Positions 1 through 9,169 of a stretch of 64,000 nucleotides of DNA are shown piece by piece. Position 1 is the stretch's first letter. Each line of letters opens with the position of its first letter. This DNA comes from Candidatus Parcubacteria bacterium. Lineage in GTDB: Bacteria > Patescibacteriota > Patescibacteriia > Patescibacteriales > UBA12075. Under the pieces are notes generated by a model. The model saw only the letters and a list, made by a program, of their open reading frames with translations, did no database searches and was not told where the DNA came from. A program made the translations under genes and the position numbers. The stretch is taken from contig JAGLYP010000023.1 in assembly GCA_023132155.1 (NCBI GenBank), positions 11,504 through 75,503 of the forward strand. Direction: 5' to 3'.

Positions 1-408
1 ATGTTCTTTTTTCATTTGTAAATATAATTGTTTAAGAACGTCTTCAAGTTTTCCTGATAGTTCTCCGGCTTCAACCATATTAACAAATAGTTCTCCAAAA
101 ATTTTTTTGTGGCTATCAAGGCTTTCCGCGAGGCTATTGCCTTTTTCAACCTGAGCCCCAACATCATCAAGCACTTTTTTGAAAAGTTTATTTTCCGTTT
201 GTTTGGCTAATGTTTTAATTGCAATTGATAAAGATATCCCGGATCTAAGCATTACTCCCAAATGTTGAACAAAAAATAATTTTTCTCTAAGAGGGACTTT
301 GGAAAATTTTAACAAATAATCATTAATTTTATCCATGGCTGACTGTCTGTTTTCTTTGTCGGTTTCGCCAGGCGCGTTTTTTGTTGTTTTTGTGAAATTT
401 ATAGGCAT
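1..408 (-). CDS. pilC: Type IV pilus/T2SS platform protein PilC/GspF (5' part; runs off window)
   Basis: Manual translation from ATG 408: MPINFTK...KLFFVQHLGVMLRSGISL...VEKGNSLAESL...FVNMVEAGELSGKLEDVL, typical of T2SSF; directly downstream of pilB. Confidence 0.9.
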   Translation of the reverse strand, partial: MPINFTKTTKNAPGETDKENRQSAMDKINDYLLKFSKVPLREKLFFVQHLGVMLRSGISLSIAIKTLAKQTENKLFKKVLDDVGAQVEKGNSLAESLDSHKKIFGELFVNMVEAGELSGKLEDVLKQLYLQMKKEH

Positions 409-455
409 AATATATAAATTTATGGTTTTGGATTTATGATTTATGATTTAATTTA

Positions 456-2192
456 TTATTCTTTGGTTACTCGCATTATTTCCTCAATTGTGGTGATGCC
501 GTTTTTAGCTTTGATAAAGCCGTCTTCAACCATGGTTAGCATCCCTTCTTTAACGGCTTGTTTGTTTATTTCGCGGGTGTTGGCGTTTTTTAGGATAAGA
601 CCGGATGTTTCTTCGGTGTTTTCAAGAATTTCATATATTCCTATTCGCCCTTTATAACCGCTGTTGTTGCAGCGCTTGCAGCCTTTTCCGCGATAAAAGA
701 GCAGTGATTTTAAGCCTTTTTTAGAGTCAATAATTATTTTTTCTTTTTCAAGCGTTTTTAAAAGACTTTCAATATTTAGCTGTTTTTCCAGTTCTTTTAC
801 GGTTTCTTTGCCAAGGTTAAAACTTTGAATGCAATTCGGACAAATTTTTCTTACTAAGCGCTGTGCGATAATTATGTTTGTGGTGGTGGCGATTAAAAAA
901 GTAGGGACTCCCATTTCCGACAATCTAATCATAGTCGCCGCGGCGCTATTGGTGTGAATTGTTGATAAAACCAAATGCCCGGTCATAGCGGCATGCACGG
1001 CGATTTCAGCGGTTTCCTGATCGCGAATTTCTCCGACCATTATAATATCCGGATCTTGGCGCAAAAACGCCCTTAGGCCAGAAGCGAAAGTATAGCCGAT
1101 TTTCGCGTTTACCTGCGACTGGTTGACATGCGGCATTCTGTACTCAATCGGGTCTTCAACCGTGGATATGTTTACCTCCGGTATGTTTAATATATTTAAA
1201 ACAGTATAAAGCGTAGTGGTTTTTCCGGAGCCTGTCGGGCCTGTTACTAATATTATTCCATGAGGTTTTTTGATGTTCGTTTTCAAAACTTTAAGCGGTG
1301 TTTTTTGCAGTCCTAATTGTTCAAGAGTTAAAACCTGGGCTTTTTCATTAAGGAGCCTTAATACGATTTTTTCTCCGTCAAAGGCCGGAATAATTGACAC
1401 GCGGAAAGCGACCTTGTATTCATTGTTTGTAATTTTAAAACGCCCGTCTTGCGGCAGCCGATGTTCGTCAACTTTTAAGTTGGCAAGTATTTTAATGCGC
1501 GCGATAATTCCGGACTGGACGGTTTTTGGCAAAACCATAACGTTTTTTAATATCCCATCAATACGATAACGCACTAAAATATTTTTTTCTTCCGGTTCAA
1601 TATGAATATCGCTCGCGCCTTCAATAATTGAATATTCAAGCAAAGTATCAACAATTCGCACTACCGGCAAGTCGGCCGCCAGTTTTTTTAAATCTTTTGT
1701 TTCTTCAAGCTTGTTTTTGTCTTCGCCCTTGTCATCGCTTAAATAATTAAATTCAGCCTTTAAGCTTTTGTGGTATTGCTTGAGCGTTTCTTTAATATTT
1801 TCCGGCGTAGTCAAACTGATATTGACATTAAGTCCGGTTTTTTTCTTGATAAATTCAAATATTTCCAAATCCTCCGGGTCAATAACCGCCAGCTTAATTT
1901 CTTTGTTATTAGTCTCATAAGCTATAATGTTGTGGGTAGTGGCTATGGGCTCTGGAATTAAAAATAATATATCTTTGCGGATGGTTTGATTTTTTAAATC
2001 TATAAAGGGAATTTTATAATAAGAAGCCGCGTTTTCATATAAAATCATGGGTGTTATTATATTTTTTCCCATTAAAAAAAATTCCATTTTTTTCCCGTTT
2101 TGTTTGGCTTCCTGAAGCAGAGAATCAAATTCTTCCGCGTTTAATATTTCCGCTTTGTCTAGTATGTTTTTTAATTGTTTGTCTGAAAACAT
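456..2192 (-). CDS. pilB: Type IV pilus assembly ATPase PilB/GspE
   Basis: ASDIHIEP, Walker A GPTGSGKT, EDPIEY, LRQDPDIIMVGEIRD, tetracysteine motif. Confidence 0.93.
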   Translation of the reverse strand: MFSDKQLKNILDKAEILNAEEFDSLLQEAKQNGKKMEFFLMGKNIITPMILYENAASYYKIPFIDLKNQTIRKDILFLIPEPIATTHNIIAYETNNKEIKLAVIDPEDLEIFEFIKKKTGLNVNISLTTPENIKETLKQYHKSLKAEFNYLSDDKGEDKNKLEETKDLKKLAADLPVVRIVDTLLEYSIIEGASDIHIEPEEKNILVRYRIDGILKNVMVLPKTVQSGIIARIKILANLKVDEHRLPQDGRFKITNNEYKVAFRVSIIPAFDGEKIVLRLLNEKAQVLTLEQLGLQKTPLKVLKTNIKKPHGIILVTGPTGSGKTTTLYTVLNILNIPEVNISTVEDPIEYRMPHVNQSQVNAKIGYTFASGLRAFLRQDPDIIMVGEIRDQETAEIAVHAAMTGHLVLSTIHTNSAAATMIRLSEMGVPTFLIATTTNIIIAQRLVRKICPNCIQSFNLGKETVKELEKQLNIESLLKTLEKEKIIIDSKKGLKSLLFYRGKGCKRCNNSGYKGRIGIYEILENTEETSGLILKNANTREINKQAVKEGMLTMVEDGFIKAKNGITTIEEIMRVTKE

Positions 2193-2200
2193 TAATCTCT

Positions 2201-2257
2201 GTCATTCCCGACACCCCCAGCCTCGCTAGAGAAATTATATTAAATGATCGGGAATCT
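2201..2257. repeat. GTCAT-type REP-like element (GTCATTCCCGAC...GGGAATCT)
   Basis: Closely similar to 27329-27385 and to the inverted copy 27479-27535. Confidence 0.8.
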
Positions 2258-2299
2258 TTTTAATTTATGATGAATTTATTATACCATATTTTGTGAAAT

Positions 2300-2345
2300 A
2301 AAAAAATCGTAAGGAACAAAAATTTTTGTTCCTTACGATTTTTTT
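2300..2345. terminator. Perfect 46-bp palindrome, terminator-like
   Basis: AAAAAAATCGTAAGGAACAAAAA/TTTTTGTTCCTTACGATTTTTTT with no spacer. Confidence 0.55.
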
Positions 2346-2665
2346 TAATATTTTTTTAATTTTTATATGTTAATGTTAAATTAAAGAGGGAAACAGGGAT
2401 TATTTCAGTACTTGATGTTTTCTTTGGGGAACTGATTTTCGGATGGTAATGAAAGGACGGGGTACAAAAGCTTCAATTTTTGGAGCTTTTGTTTTTGTGT
2501 GTTATTATAATATAGAAATTGTTATTAAACACTATACTTCCCCCCGTTCTTTAGATAGTGAATTGGCAACTAAATGTAGTTTATTGATATTGTCGCATAT
2601 ATTTTATTATTTGTCTATAATATTGAATTTTTTGTTGAAATTAGGTAGAATATAAGTATAAGTTT

Positions 2666-3385
2666 ATGAGATATATTAAAGATGGAAAAGCGCGCAATAT
2701 GGCTTTGCTAATATTCGGTATTGTTTTTTTGTTTTTATTTTCAGCTTGCGGTGTTAAGAATCAAAGTATTCAGAACAGCGATGACTGGAAAGATGAGGTA
2801 TTATATGCCGATGAGTGCGGTTTTGACGGTTTGAGATGCTGTGACGATTCGGAGCAACCGTGTAAGTTCGGGCAAAATTGTTGTGTTAATCCTGGAAATA
2901 AAAAAGAAAATTATTGCGCTGAAAGTTGTGATTTTGGCAAAGAAAACACGTTTTGCCGCAATGAAAATCCTGTCTGTGATATAGATTTAACTTGCGAAAA
3001 TAGTCGTTGCTTGCCTTGCGGAGGAGAGGATCAATTTTGCTGTCAAACTCAAGATTTTTGTAAAAACTCATTAATTTGTTTTAATAATAAATGCGTAAGC
3101 TGCGGACAAGCCGGATATCCTTGCTGTGATTCTGGATTAGCATGCTTAAAACAGGATAATCGCGGAAATACACGAACGGAGTGTGGCAATGGAATTTGTC
3201 GGGCTTGCGGTTATGGCGGAACTGAAGCTTGCGAGAGTGAACCGTTTTGTAACTCCGGCACTTTAAATAGTAATGGTGTTTGTTACCAATGCGGAGGCTT
3301 AAATCAGCCTTGCTGTGATGAAAAAAGCTGTAACACAGAAGAAGGTTTAGCGTGTGAGCTCGGTTTTTGCGGTAAGAAAAATTAA
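2666..3385 (+). CDS. Cysteine-rich repeat lipoprotein
   Basis: Hydrophobic signal with lipobox FSA-C; 35 Cys in repeated CG-x5-CC-x4-6-C units. Confidence 0.8.
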   Translation: MRYIKDGKARNMALLIFGIVFLFLFSACGVKNQSIQNSDDWKDEVLYADECGFDGLRCCDDSEQPCKFGQNCCVNPGNKKENYCAESCDFGKENTFCRNENPVCDIDLTCENSRCLPCGGEDQFCCQTQDFCKNSLICFNNKCVSCGQAGYPCCDSGLACLKQDNRGNTRTECGNGICRACGYGGTEACESEPFCNSGTLNSNGVCYQCGGLNQPCCDEKSCNTEEGLACELGFCGKKN

Positions 3386-3403
3386 TTAATTTTAAAAAAT
3401 ATT

Positions 3404-3631
3404 ATGCAAAATTTATTCAAAGAGGTTAATAAAAAAGTTAATGGCCTTATTTGGTCGCTTTTAAGTACGGGCATAATTTTAATGCTTCTGGCAATTTTAG
3501 TTGTTTGGACTGATTTTATTTTACGGCTGGTTATCGGCATGTTCATTTTAGTGGTCGCTTATGCTTTTATATATGGCGCTTACAAAGTGTGGGCGATAAA
3601 GCGTGAAGTGGATAAGCATTTTAAATTTTAA
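3404..3631 (+). CDS. Small two-TM membrane protein
   Basis: 75-aa ORF with two hydrophobic segments, co-oriented with neighbours. Confidence 0.7.
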   Translation: MQNLFKEVNKKVNGLIWSLLSTGIILMLLAILVVWTDFILRLVIGMFILVVAYAFIYGAYKVWAIKREVDKHFKF

Positions 3632-3654
3632 TTTAAAATAAAGAAAATCCAATA

Positions 3655-3706
3655 TTATAATTCGCATGTCCCGCATTTGTAGTTGCGGGTTCGCGAAGCG
3701 GATAAC
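3655..3706 (+). repeat. TTCGCATGTCCCG...GCGAAGCGRATAAC dispersed element, copy 1
   Basis: Near-identical to 60070-60121, 59735-59805 and reverse 62118-62169. Confidence 0.85.
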
Positions 3707-3708
3707 TT

Positions 3709-5370
3709 ATGGTAAATCCAAGTTTAAAAAAAATAGAAAAAAAGAGCTTAACCCCGACAATTGATGTTAAAAGGCTTTTTCAGATTATATATCGTGAACA
3801 GTCAAAGGCGGAAGAAAAAAAAGATGATGTTCCAAAGATTAATGTTTCGGAATTAGTTTCGAAAATGTCTTTTTATTATGAAAAAATAAGAAATACAGTT
3901 GATTATAAAGAGGAACACCTTCTCAGAAAAAACGCGATTGAAAGAATTATTAAAAGGCAAATTGTAATTGAAGGCACAATATCCCTAAAGGGCGCAGACA
4001 GTACGGAAATAGCCAGGCATTTATTAACTGAATTAATTAGGGCGGCATATTTATCTAATAATTCAGTACCTGAAACTAAAATTGATGAAGTTGCCGCGAT
4101 TATTCAAAAATATTTAGATTTAAAAAGGGCAATTGCCAAAATAAAAGGACGGAAATTGTCTGAAAGAAATGATTTGAATAATTGGATAATAGCTTTGGCG
4201 GCAAGCGATATTGAGCAGCATTTAGGCTTAAGCAAAATTAATCAAACAGTTGTTGATTACATGAACAAAATTTTGCTTAAGAATATTGAATTGCCTAGTA
4301 ATTCAGAGCATGAGAAAGACAAAGAAATTCAGATATTTTTAGGAATACATAGGCACTACCTGAAGTTTGACCGTGATATGATGAGTTTTATTCTTTTTAA
4401 ATATTATGTTGCCGGATGGAAGAATCCTGATCCGGCAAAAATTGAAGAAGTTGCCGCAAAAATCGTTTTTTTGCGGGGAGCAATCAACAAGCAGCTTGAA
4501 CATCCGCTGGTTAAGCAGCTTAATAGAATTATTAGCCGCTATACGGTTTTTTTTACGGTTTTAACCGATGTAATTAAAGAAAACCCAATCGCGGTTTATG
4601 AAAGTATTAAAAGAGATCCAAAGGTTTTTCCCAGGGATATAAAAAAAGCATGCCTCAAAAGATATGAAGAATCTTCTAAAAAATTGTGGCGCGCGGCGAC
4701 TAGAAGCATAATTTATATTTTTATTACAAAATCATTTTTTGCTGTTTTATTGGAGGTTCCGGCAACAAAATGGTTCGGTGAGGAAATAAATACGGTTTCT
4801 TTGATTATTAATATTGGTTTTCCGGCAATGCTTTTATTTTTTATAGTGTTATTTACTAAATTGCCGTCTGAGGATAATAGCAATAAAATTAAAGAAGGAA
4901 TTGAAGAAGTCGTTTTTGAGGAATATGAACGCAAAGAGCCGTTTAAATTGCGCGACCCGGCGCGCCGCAGCAAGAGCTTGGGATTCGTTTTTGGAATTTT
5001 ATATTTTATAACTTTTCTTTTTTCATTTGGGGCTGTTGTTTGGGCTTTAAATGAAATTAATTTTACTTGGCTAAGTATTATAATTTTTTTATTTTTCTTA
5101 ACATTTGTCAGCTTTTTCAGCATTCGTATCCGCAAAAACGCCCGCGATATGATTATTATTCCCCCGCGAGAGAATATTTTAAGTTTTATTATTGATTTTT
5201 TTTATATCCCGATAGCTGCCGTTGGCAAGTGGATGAGTGAAAAATTTTCCCAAGTAAATGTTTTTGTGTTTATTTTGGATTTTATAATAGAAGCTCCGTT
5301 TAAGATTTTTATTGAAATCGCCGAAGAATGGACCAGGTATGTGAAGGAGCGGAAGGAGGATATTGTGTAA
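3709..5370 (+). CDS. Hypothetical membrane protein (C-terminal TM segments)
   Basis: 553-aa ORF; soluble N-terminus, several TM helices after residue ~330. Confidence 0.75.
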   Translation: MVNPSLKKIEKKSLTPTIDVKRLFQIIYREQSKAEEKKDDVPKINVSELVSKMSFYYEKIRNTVDYKEEHLLRKNAIERIIKRQIVIEGTISLKGADSTEIARHLLTELIRAAYLSNNSVPETKIDEVAAIIQKYLDLKRAIAKIKGRKLSERNDLNNWIIALAASDIEQHLGLSKINQTVVDYMNKILLKNIELPSNSEHEKDKEIQIFLGIHRHYLKFDRDMMSFILFKYYVAGWKNPDPAKIEEVAAKIVFLRGAINKQLEHPLVKQLNRIISRYTVFFTVLTDVIKENPIAVYESIKRDPKVFPRDIKKACLKRYEESSKKLWRAATRSIIYIFITKSFFAVLLEVPATKWFGEEINTVSLIINIGFPAMLLFFIVLFTKLPSEDNSNKIKEGIEEVVFEEYERKEPFKLRDPARRSKSLGFVFGILYFITFLFSFGAVVWALNEINFTWLSIIIFLFFLTFVSFFSIRIRKNARDMIIIPPRENILSFIIDFFYIPIAAVGKWMSEKFSQVNVFVFILDFIIEAPFKIFIEIAEEWTRYVKERKEDIV

Positions 5371-5374
5371 TAAT

Positions 5375-5473
5375 AATGCTAATAATGCGAATAAATGCTA
5401 ATCTGCGAATTGCGAATAAAATTTAACTTAAATTCGCAATTCGCAGATTAGCATTTATTTGCAGATTAGCATT
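5375..5473. repeat. Head-to-head GCTAAT/GCGAAT short-repeat array
   Basis: Perfect 28-bp inverted repeat 5390-5417 / 5432-5459; 31 nt identical to 15639-15669. Confidence 0.85.
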
Positions 5474-5479
5474 ATGCTT

Positions 5480-6238
5480 ATGTTATATATCGTTGCCACG
5501 CCAATAGGAAATTTAGAGGATATATCGCTTCGCGCGTTAAGAATTCTCGGCGAGGTTGATTTTGTTTTGTGTGAAGATACGCGAGTGACCAGAAAATTGT
5601 TAGAGCATTATAAAATTAAAACTAAAACCATTTCTTATCATCAGCATTCGGATATTAAAAAACAGGATTATCTTTTGGGGTTGCTTGGCGGAGGCAAAGA
5701 TTTGGCATTGGTGTCTGATGCCGGCACTCCGGGGATATCCGATCCGGGAGGCAAGCTGGTGGCCGCGGTTATTGAAAAATTCGGCGGATCAATTAAAATT
5801 GAGTCTGTCCCGGGCCCTTCGGCGGTTACGGCCGCGCTTTCAATATCCGGAATCGCGACTGATAAATTTGTGTTTTTGGGATTTCCTCCGCACAAGAAAG
5901 GGCGGCAGAAATTTTTGCAAAAAATCGTTGACAGTATTTTTCCTGTTGTAGTTTATGAATCAAAGCACAGGATACTTAAGTTTTTAGAGGAGTTAAAAAA
6001 GATAAATCAGGATATTGTTAAATATAATAAAGAAATAGATAAGCAGAAAAATAAAGGCATAATTAAATCTAAAGATTTGCTAAAAAAAATAAATTTAATT
6101 ACTTCGGTTGTGGTTTGCCGTGAACTATCAAAAATGCACGAAACAGTCTATCGCGGGGAGCTTTCTGATATTATTGATAAAATTAAAAATAGTCAAAACG
6201 ATCAGAAAGGGGAGTTTGTTGTTGTGGTTGGGAGGTGA
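5480..6238 (+). CDS. rsmI: 16S rRNA C1402 2'-O-methyltransferase
   Basis: LYIVATPIGNLEDIS, CEDTR, LVSDAGTPGISDPG, CRELSKMHE; start 5474 or 5480. Confidence 0.93.
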   Translation: MLYIVATPIGNLEDISLRALRILGEVDFVLCEDTRVTRKLLEHYKIKTKTISYHQHSDIKKQDYLLGLLGGGKDLALVSDAGTPGISDPGGKLVAAVIEKFGGSIKIESVPGPSAVTAALSISGIATDKFVFLGFPPHKKGRQKFLQKIVDSIFPVVVYESKHRILKFLEELKKINQDIVKYNKEIDKQKNKGIIKSKDLLKKINLITSVVVCRELSKMHETVYRGELSDIIDKIKNSQNDQKGEFVVVVGR

Positions 6239-6285
6239 ATTTTAATTAAGAATTACGAATTACGAATTTTTTTTGAGCAAGTAAT

Positions 6286-7734
6286 ATGGCAAAACAAAAA
6301 TTTTACATAACAACAACCCTGCCGTATGTGAATGCGGAGCCGCATATTGGGTTTGCGGCGGAGATTATTCGGGCGGATTGTTTGGCGCGCTGGGCCAGGC
6401 AGCAAGGGAAAGAGGTGTTTTTTAATACCGGAACCGATGAGCATGGCTTAAAAATATATCGTAAAGCTAAAGAAAGAGGAATGGATCCGCAGAAATACGC
6501 CGATGAATATGCGGCTAAATTTGATGAATTAAAAGAGGCATTAAATCTTTCTTATAACAGTTTTATTCGTACAACTGACGAACATCATAAAAAAGCGGCG
6601 CGGGAGTTTTGGAAATGCTGCGAGGCTAATGGTGATATTTATAAAAAAAATTATCAAGTCAAATATTGCGTTGGCTGTGAATTGGAAAAAACTGAATCCG
6701 AACTTGTGGACGGTGAATGTCCGCATCATCCGGGGCAAGCGCTTGAATTGATTGATGAAGAAAATTATTTTTTTCGCTGGAGCAAATATGGGGATAAGCT
6801 TTTGAAATTTTATGAAAAAAATCTTGATTTTATTGTTCCGGCGCATAGATTAAACGAAATGAGGAATTTTATCAAAAACGGACTTCAGGATTTTTCCATT
6901 TCCCGCTTAAAATCAAAAATGCCTTGGGGCGTGCCGGTTCCAGGCGATGAAAAGCATGTGATGTATGTTTGGTTTGACGCTTTAGTCAATTATATTGACG
7001 CCTTGGGCTGGCCGGAAAATGAAAAAAAATTTAATGATTTTTGGGGAGATGACAAGAATCGCAATGCGCTGCAAGTTGCCGGCAAAGACAATCTTAGACA
7101 ACAAACCGCGATGTGGCAGGCAATGCTTATGTCGGCAGGACTGCCTCTGTCAAGACAAATATTAATTTTTGGTTTTATTACGTCAAGCGGCCAAAAAATG
7201 AGCAAATCAATCGGAAATGTTGTTAATCCTGAGATTCTAGTAAAAAAATACGGTACCGATGCTCTTAGATATTATCTTTTGGCGGAACTAAAATCTTTTG
7301 AAGATTCGGATTATACGGAAGAAAAATTTAGAACAAGATATCAGGCGGATTTGGCAAACGGTCTTGGCAATCTAGTGGCGCGCGTTTCTAATTTGCTTGA
7401 AAAAAATAAAATAGAATTAAATTTAAGTCCGGGGACTGATGAAATTTTAATTGATCAAGTTGCTTTAAAGTTAAAAAAATATCGTTTTGATGAGGCTTTG
7501 AATGTTTTGTGGCGTAAATTAAAGGAAATGGATGAGTATATCACCATTAAAGCTCCTTGGAAGATGTCAGACAAAAAGGAAATTAAAGAAGTATTGCAAA
7601 ATGTCGCGCAAAATATTTTGAATGTGGCTAACCTTTTGGTTCCTTTTATACCGGACACAGCCGAGAAAATTATTAAGCAATTTAAAGAAAAGCAGATAAA
7701 AAAAAGTGAATCATTATTCCCGAGGTTGAATTAA
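6286..7734 (+). CDS. metG: Methionine--tRNA ligase (short form)
   Basis: FYITTTLPYVN, HIGF, GTDEHG, YVWFDAL, KMSKS. Confidence 0.95.
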   Translation: MAKQKFYITTTLPYVNAEPHIGFAAEIIRADCLARWARQQGKEVFFNTGTDEHGLKIYRKAKERGMDPQKYADEYAAKFDELKEALNLSYNSFIRTTDEHHKKAAREFWKCCEANGDIYKKNYQVKYCVGCELEKTESELVDGECPHHPGQALELIDEENYFFRWSKYGDKLLKFYEKNLDFIVPAHRLNEMRNFIKNGLQDFSISRLKSKMPWGVPVPGDEKHVMYVWFDALVNYIDALGWPENEKKFNDFWGDDKNRNALQVAGKDNLRQQTAMWQAMLMSAGLPLSRQILIFGFITSSGQKMSKSIGNVVNPEILVKKYGTDALRYYLLAELKSFEDSDYTEEKFRTRYQADLANGLGNLVARVSNLLEKNKIELNLSPGTDEILIDQVALKLKKYRFDEALNVLWRKLKEMDEYITIKAPWKMSDKKEIKEVLQNVAQNILNVANLLVPFIPDTAEKIIKQFKEKQIKKSESLFPRLN

Positions 7735-7777
7735 TTTTATTTTTTACTTTTGACTTTATAACTTTTTACTAAATTTA

Positions 7778-8293
7778 ATGCCTTTAATTGACGTAATTTT
7801 AATTGTAATATTGGCTGGTTTTGTTTTTTATGGCTTGTTTTTCGGCCTTATCCGCACACTAGGCGTTTTTGTCGGCTTGATAGCGGCGGCTTTTTTAGCT
7901 AGCCGTTTGTATTTGCCTGTGTCTTATTGGCTTGAGAATTTTTTCTTTGGTTATAATAATTTGGGAAAAGTTTTGGTTTTTGTAATTTTATTTTCATTAA
8001 TCAACCGCTTAGTCGGTTTTTTATTTTACTTACTGCATAAAACTTTTAATTTAATATCTATCATCCCGTTTTTAAAAACCTTTAATCGCCTTGGCGGATT
8101 AATTTTAGGATTTTTAACCGGTTCGCTTTCAATCGGCTTGTTTCTTTATGTGATATCCCGTTATTCTTTAATAGAAACTTTATTCGGGAACTGGCTGTCA
8201 CAATCAAAGTTGGCGCCGTTTTTTTTAAAATTCGCAAACGCGCTTTTACCGCTATTGCCGGAGGCCTTGAAGAAATTGAAGAGTTTATTTTAG
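7778..8293 (+). CDS. CvpA (colicin V production) family membrane protein
   Basis: D-x-IL...GLFFGLIR N-terminus, NRLGGLILG motif, 4 TM segments. Confidence 0.8.
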   Translation: MPLIDVILIVILAGFVFYGLFFGLIRTLGVFVGLIAAAFLASRLYLPVSYWLENFFFGYNNLGKVLVFVILFSLINRLVGFLFYLLHKTFNLISIIPFLKTFNRLGGLILGFLTGSLSIGLFLYVISRYSLIETLFGNWLSQSKLAPFFLKFANALLPLLPEALKKLKSLF

Positions 8294-8472
8294 GGAAGAT
8301 TAAAATTAGAAATTTAAAATGTTGTTAAAAATTAAAAAATAATTCTCACCTCTCTGAATCAGCCAATTATTCAATCTATTCAAAACAAATTGAAAATTGG
8401 CGAATTCAAAAAAAATGGGCAGAAGACGAATTAATTGTCTCCTGCCCATTGAAAGATGTCTTTAACTACAAG

Positions 8473-9123
8473 CTAAAAGGTTACTTTAAGTCCTATTCTA
8501 GCTTTATCTGTCCTGTCGGCATTATCATGTACAACATTCCAGTCGCAAGATAATCGCAAGTAAACTGAAAGGTTGTCCATGACCTTATATCCAACATAAG
8601 GACCAACGAAATAAAAATTATGGTCCTCATCTTGCCAATAATGGCAATAATCCAGATCCAACCCGACATAAAATTTTTTGCCAAGCGGATACTCGCCCTC
8701 CAGAAAGCAGTCTAGATAATCAGATGACTCTCCGTCAATATTCCAATAGTTTCTTAGATCAAAGAAAACCTTGAACTTGCCAAACTTATTGATATACCAA
8801 CCACCACCTTGGATATAGTCGTTTCCGGAGCTATCTGTAGATAGGCCACCCAAGAAATACAACGGGCCTTTGTTTAACGTAAACCACGGTTTGACTTCAG
8901 TATAATCATATTTCGGCTTAACCGTTACACTCAGTCCGCCGCCAAACCAATTGCCATCGTGGCAATAAATGGTCATTGACTGCTTATGGTAGCTCTCCGC
9001 TTTCTCGGGCTCCACAAAATCATTTTTTATAACGATTAATGCGGAAGCTTTTTTGTCCTCTGCCTGAAGTTCTGCCGTAAAACAAAACGTTGCCATTATT
9101 AGAAACAAAATAACTTTTTTCAT
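8473..9123 (-). CDS. Secreted protein resembling an outer-membrane beta-barrel
   Basis: Signal peptide, alternating aromatic/Gly strands, C-terminal RIGLKVTF; SD AAGGAG. Confidence 0.65.
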   Translation of the reverse strand: MKKVILFLIMATFCFTAELQAEDKKASALIVIKNDFVEPEKAESYHKQSMTIYCHDGNWFGGGLSVTVKPKYDYTEVKPWFTLNKGPLYFLGGLSTDSSGNDYIQGGGWYINKFGKFKVFFDLRNYWNIDGESSDYLDCFLEGEYPLGKKFYVGLDLDYCHYWQDEDHNFYFVGPYVGYKVMDNLSVYLRLSCDWNVVHDNADRTDKARIGLKVTF

Positions 9124-9169
9124 AATTTTTCTCCTTGTATAGCGGAGAAAGAGTTTTTTCTCCGGCTGT

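Noticed and set aside
2443-2655. 70-aa ORF upstream of the Cys-rich lipoprotein
   Set aside because: No motif and AT-rich promoter-like sequence; the opposite-strand GTG frame after a G-rich SD stops after 19 codons.
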